Assembly: GCF_009914755.1 (NCBI RefSeq)
Contig: NC_060931.1
DNA from: the human T2T-CHM13v2.0 reference genome, Homo sapiens
Strand: one strand, 5' to 3'
DNA: 64,000 nt
The position numbers and the translations under genes were made by a program. Below are positions 58,648 to 64,000 of this stretch, one piece after another. Numbering within the stretch: position 1 is the stretch's first letter; every line of letters starts with the position of its first letter. The notes under the pieces were generated by a model that was not told the DNA's origin, searched no databases, and worked only from the letters and a program-made list of their open reading frames with translations.

Positions 58648-59400
58648 CTAACCCGGTATTATTAAGGTTAGGCATCTGGGAAAACTTCCCAGAGGAAAAG
58701 ATTTCTAAGCTGAGACCTGAAGGAGGAGAAAAAATGAGCAACGCAAAAGTGTGTGTGGGGTAAATGGTATATGTGTGTGGTGGGGAGAAGTGTTTCAGAC
58801 AAGCGAGTAACATGTTCTAAGGGAGTGTGGCTTCTTTATGACCCTGAGAGTTGTTGGGTATAGAGGGGTGAAAGCACCATCTGCAGAACCTGGCAGGCAC
58901 CAGATTGTGGAGGACCTCGCTGTCATGATGAAGAGTTGGGGTACCGGAAGCCACTGGAGGGTTTTCAGCCAGGGGATGTTGTAATGAGATTTGAGTTTTA
59001 GAAAGATCCCTCTGCAGAGTGGAGAAAATACCAACGGGGCAAGCCTGGAGTTCTAGTTATGCAGGCAAAAGATGATGGTGTCTTGCACAAGAGCAGAGAC
59101 TAGCCCAGGAAAAGAGAAAATGGTAGGTTTTTAGAGATGTTTAGAAACTAAATTTGACTGATCTCGAGGAAAATTGGGATTTTGGCTCTGGGCATTGTGG
59201 AAGGTAAAATAAAAAGAAGAGCTACGGTCCCTTAGGTTTCAGCATTGGGTGGATGGATGATGGTGCATTTCCTGAGATAGAAAACACAGGTTTGGGGAGA
59301 AGAAGATGAGTAACGTTATGAACATGTTGAGTTTGAGGAACCTGTGAGATGTGCAAGTGGAAGGTGAGTAGTAGGGTAAACAGGCCTGAAGGCTATAAGG

Positions 59401-59519
59401 GAGTTTTGAGCAAGAGGTAAAAATCTGAGATTTATCAGTAATTAGATAAGTCTTGGAGTTAAGGACTTATTTATCTATTTGCTGATAAATCTCAGATTTT
59501 TGCCTCTTGCTCAAAACTC
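59401..59519. repeat. Fold-back inverted repeat, 49-bp arms, 21-nt loop
   Basis: 59401-59449 vs 59471-59519: 46/49 complementary. Confidence 0.92.
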
Positions 59520-59549
59520 TGTAAGTCCTGGAGTCAAGAAACCAATTAA

Positions 59550-59851
59550 GACTGGGCGTGGCGCCTCATGCTTGTAATCCCAGCACTTTGGGAGGCTGAG
59601 GCTGGGCGGATTCACCTGAAGTCAGGAGTTTGAGACCAGCATGGCCAACATGGTGAAACCCCATCTCTACTAAAAATACAAAAAGTAGCTGGGCATGGTG
59701 GCACGTGCCTGTGATCCTAGCTACTCAGGAAGCCAAGGCAGGAGAATTGCTTGAACCGAGAGAGTGGAGGTTACAGTGAGCTGAGATCATGCCACTGCAC
59801 TCCAACCTGGGCGACAGAATGAGAATCTGTCGAAAAAAAAACCAAAAAAAA
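59550..59851 (+). mobile_element. AluS SINE
   Basis: Full dimer; TSD AA(A/G)CCAATTAAG. Confidence 0.95.
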
Positions 59852-60094
59852 ACCAAAAAGCCAATTAAGCCAGGGGAAAAAATCTTTGCTGGAACACACA
59901 GTTAACTCCTGGAATAGTCTTCTGTTAAGACCAGTTTGAGAAGTGTTCAAATAGTTGCTTTTGAACAATAACCAAATGTGAAATGTGTAGTGATATGCTG
60001 TAATATTATAGCGAGATACCTAAGGAAATCCAATCAAAGCTGAAGCCTATTCAGGTGCAATTTTATTTGTTTTTAATTATATCATACAGAGGGG

Positions 60095-60236
60095 TTTTTG
60101 TTTTCTTTTTTCTGTAGAGTCTGGGGGGGTCTCTCTATGTTGCCTAGGCTGGTCCTGAACTCCTGGTCTGAAGCAATTCTCCTGCCTCAGCCTCCCAAAG
60201 TCCTGGGATTATAGGCGTAAGCCATCATGCCTGGCC
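60095..60236 (-). mobile_element. Alu left monomer (FLAM-like)
   Basis: GGTCTCTCTATGTTGCCTAGGCTGG...GGGATTATAGGCGTAAGCCATCATGCCTGGCC. Confidence 0.85.
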
Positions 60237-60279
60237 TTTGCAGGAAGTTTTAGATGCCCCAGTCTGTTGGCTGTGCTCA

Positions 60280-60500
60280 AAAATAACAGTAGCAAATATT
60301 TATGTGGCACTGACAATGTTTCAGGCAGCATTCTAAGCACTTTACAGGTATTAACACATTCATTCTTCAAAACCACCTGTGAACTAAGTACTATTATTAT
60401 CCCCATTTTATGGATGAAGGTACTGAGGCACAGAGAGGTTATGTCATGCCCAGGTTCATACAGTTGGGTCCAGAGCTCTAGCCCTTGGCTACACGGCTGT
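60280..60500 (-). mobile_element. MIR SINE
   Basis: ATTATTATCCCCATTTTATGGATGAAGGTACTGAGGCACAGAGAGGTT. Confidence 0.8.
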
Positions 60501-62619
60501 GCTGCTCTCTGATGGGCTTCTTATAGCCAGCATGATCTGCTGAAGCTCAATTTCACCTCTGCATAGTGGGATTGGCTACCTGTAAATTTGCCAGAATAAT
60601 GAATGATAGATGGAAGTGCATTTAGACTACCCAGTAAGGGTCCAACTGACTTGTATTGGCATGTTTCTCAGGCTTGATGACATCACAAGACTCTGAACTT
60701 TTCACAGGCTTTGGAAATAGTAGCAGCCCTAGGTGAACTCTCTTTGAAAAAGAGTTACCAAAGTATGGATTTATCACACTTCTAAGGAACCATAAACTTG
60801 GAGGAAAGAGTTTACCTCTGTCCTCTCTAGAAGGAGTTGGCCAGGATGAACTCATTTCTTGGTCTGGGTTTATTTTGGGAAATGCTCTGGGACCCAGGGA
60901 AAGGCTCTGGTTTCAAGACTCTTGGCACAAAGGCTCCCAGGAAGTGGTTAGGCTAGAGCTGGCAAATGTTGGAGGCAGTGGGGGCCAGAGGCCTGCTAAT
61001 CCCTAATATCAGTTATCATGGGCCACCATCCTAAATCTCTGCTCAATTCCTGGGCTTTCATATGTAATTAACCTTTCATATGAGAAGAAATAAGATTTTG
61101 ACTTTGTGCCTCTTTGGAAAGTGCTTACATAAAACCAGTGACTTAGTTGGTTCCAGTAAAATAATTATTTTATGCCACTCTGAGAGTCCGGTGAACTGGT
61201 GATAACTAAGCAACTAGTAGAAGATCTGGAAACTTTCAGTACTAATTTAAGCTCAATATGGTTCTGCTCCTCTTTTGTGGCCAAATTACACTGGAAAAAG
61301 CATTTGCAAGTACCTCTGGATACCTTCAAAGTTCATCCTGCATTTAATGATATGCGGTGTTTTTTGTTTTGTTTTGTTTTGTTTTTAGCATACCAAAGCC
61401 AATCCTTTTGGGGGAGGGGAGATTGGAACATCTAATTTAAAGGAATTAAAGCAAGAATTAAATATCAAGAAACTCAATAGAGAGAAATTGAAATTAAAGT
61501 AATATTTCTTAAACAGCAAATGTAATTTTAACAAAATCATATAACACTGTTAGTTCTACAAAAGCACAGAGAACCCACAAATATAAGCAATAAATCTATT
61601 TGGCTAATTTGGTGTGTAAGCAGGTGTAGAAGGTAGGAAAATGTGTTTGTCGATTCCTAAAAGACTAGCAATAAAGTCCAAGGATAGAAGGGTAGAAAGC
61701 TGTCTTCTGTGAATGTCTTGTTTATTCCTGAAATAGAAATTTTATTCCTGTTATTTTAGTTCTGTCCATTTCCCACTAAACTGACAGAAGAAGTTTCAAT
61801 TTATCACAGCAGGTTATGGTCAGCCTGGAAATCGAGTAATAAAGTGTCTTTGTAATCACTTGATAAATCATGCTGAGATAAAAGCTCTTTGCTCATTCAG
61901 AGATGGAGTAAAATATGTGGGATCCAAAGCTGGTTCACAGGCCATTTGCTGATAAGCTGCTGTTTCAGAGGAATTCAAGCTTTTAAGAAATCCCACCCTA
62001 GTCTTCTGGGTTTCCAGTTTGTTTTTACTAGTAATTGCACATTAAAATACCACTTTGCTTCGCTTAACAGATGACATCTAAGACCATGGATGACAAAAGA
62101 CAGATTACCAAAGGAAGTTGTGGGAACTCTTGCTAAACCATTTAAAAAAAAGAAAAATTTTAAGCCAGGAGTGATTAAACCCAGCCAGGTCTAACATCAA
62201 CATGCACAAACTGTATATTGGGGACAATTTATATCTCTATAATTAAATAATTTTATAGCTTAGCCCAACCTTTATGAAGAAATGAGTCTGTTGTTTGATA
62301 GAGCAACATATAACAGAAGGATTATAACTATTGCTAGATCAATTAGGGTCAACAATATAATATTTTCTTGATTATCTTTTTTTTTGGTCAAAAATGCAGG
62401 ATAAAGAATGCCCATAAATTTCTCACAGTGCATACTCATGTCCATTATTTTCTAAATAGCTTTATAGCAAATTTAGTGCCTTTTTTGTATTTACTTGATT
62501 CTGCTTTGTTTTCAGATAAGGGCATATAAAACACTAGATTAATAGCGTAACAAAAATTTCGCATGTGTTGAAAAATTTCTAGAGGGCATTACAGGCATTT
62601 TCTATTCATTCCCCAAGAC

Positions 62620-62860
62620 CCAGCTGAAAGGTCACCTTCACAGGAAGCTTTCTCAGCTTTACTCATACAGTCAGTTGTTTCCTTCTGTTCCCACAGCACT
62701 TAGCCCAGACCACTGTATAGCATTTTTATCTATTACTTAGTGTGATTATTTGCTTCCCTTTAATCTGGAAATTCTTCAGAAACAGAGACCTTGCATTAAT
62801 CATTATGTCTTTATCATCTAGCACAGTACGTGGCATATGGTAGGCATGTAATAATTACTA
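62620..62860 (+). mobile_element. L2 3' fragment
   Basis: GTCACCTTCACAGGAAGCTTTC...CTAGCACAGTACGTGGCATATGGTAGGC. Confidence 0.6.
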
Positions 62861-63154
62861 TGGGACAACAATATTTATGGTAAGTGAATGTAGAAACCAT
62901 GTTTAGCTTGCAGATATACAGCTGCAATTCAGAAGTTGAAGCCCCTTGAGACTTCATTTTTGCCATTAGGTTGTCTGATGACTCTGTTAAAAAATTCAGC
63001 GTGGTCTGGTTCGTTTTCTAGTCTTTCAAATCTCCCAAAGAATGGTTCAAAGCTTTGGTTATATTAGATTTGTTATGTTGAATTCAACTTGAGGTTAGGA
63101 GGCTATAGGAGAAAAAATTGGAAATGTTTGGGCTTTATATAAAGACTTGGATGG

Positions 63155-64000
63155 GAGTAATATCAGCAAGATGGCAGAATAGGAGGTCTTAGGCTTCAGT
63201 CCACCACACAGAAAGTCCAACTAGCAACTATTCAGACAAGAACACCTTTGTGAAAACTGCAAAACTTGGAAATGAGACTGAGATACCTACATGGACCACA
63301 GAAATGAAAAACTATATTAGAAGGGTAAGAGGAACTGTCTCACTTTAACCATGTCAGCACAGTCCCACACAGAGGAAATTCCCCAGGCCTATGGTTTCTA
63401 TAGTAGGAAAAGTGAGCCTGGTTGGACATCCAGCTTCCCCAGCATCATGGGTCACCCACTCCTATCTTGCCTTATGGGGGAATACTATGGGTAATGGTGG
63501 GACTAGAGCGTTTGGAGTCCAGTAAAAACAAAAAAAGGGGGAAGGGTTCATAGTAACCACTATACAGATCTTGGTGGTAGCTGTGTATTCCTGCCAATGG
63601 TGGCACCTGATCAAAGATACCAAGCCAATGTTATAGCCTACCCACAAAGCTGAGCTGATTGCTCCCAGAAATACAGTGGGAAGTTCTACCTGGCTTGAGT
63701 CCCTAGCCAGCCACTCCAACCAACCTCACAGCCTACCACAATGGTCCACCCAGGCAGGGAGATGTATGCCATCATGTATTTCTGCAGACCACAGGGGCTG
63801 GACCTGCCTGACCTGGGAGCCCAAACAGTGACTTGGCCCTACCTCAGAGCTTACCTCAAGATTGTGCTCTAGCAGGGAAATGCCTGCCACTGTTTTTTTG
63901 TTTTTTTTTTTTTTTGTACAGCATAGGGGCTGGCCCTGCCCAACCTGGGAGTTGAAACAGTGACTCAGCCTAGTCGCAGAGCCCACGCAAGACTCTGCCC
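63155..64000 (+). mobile_element. 5' end (5'UTR) of an old L1M element, continuing beyond the window
   Basis: CAAGATGGCAGAATAGG YY1-type L1 start; internal ~132-bp repeated units at ~63790 and ~63922. Confidence 0.7.

Overview
Human (primate) genomic DNA from the 5' end of CDK6 (7q21.2), transcribed on the minus strand. The only real coding sequence is the first coding exon of CDK6 (21312->21080, 233 nt, GEGAYG / VALK / PLSTIRE kinase N-lobe). It is preceded by two alternative non-coding first exons (1b ~21862-21906; 1a ~24467-24563) inside a ~4.3 kb CpG island. Positions 1-21079 are CDK6 intron 2. Positions ~24.5-64 kb are upstream of CDK6 and, from recollection of the annotation, lie within the divergent lncRNA CDK6-AS1. 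Most of the rest is interspersed repeats: Alu, old L1/HAL1, L2, MIR, MaLR/ERVL LTRs including a full-length THE1, and hAT MERs. No novel gene system is evident. The most notable sequence-level signals are: (i) a perfect-heptamer cryptic 23-RSS, readable in both directions, ~0.55 kb upstream of exon 1a; (ii) a tight AP-1/EICE/RUNX/octamer/NF-kB motif cluster in intron 2; (iii) one ~90-bp segment with splice donors on both strands, so it could serve as first exon in both directions; (iv) a CDK6-sense full-length THE1 with splice donors; (v) a 49-bp-stem fold-back hairpin and a PATRR-like AT palindrome; (vi) two tiny uORFs at the start of exon 2. Repeat subfamily calls and boundaries were made by eye and are approximate.
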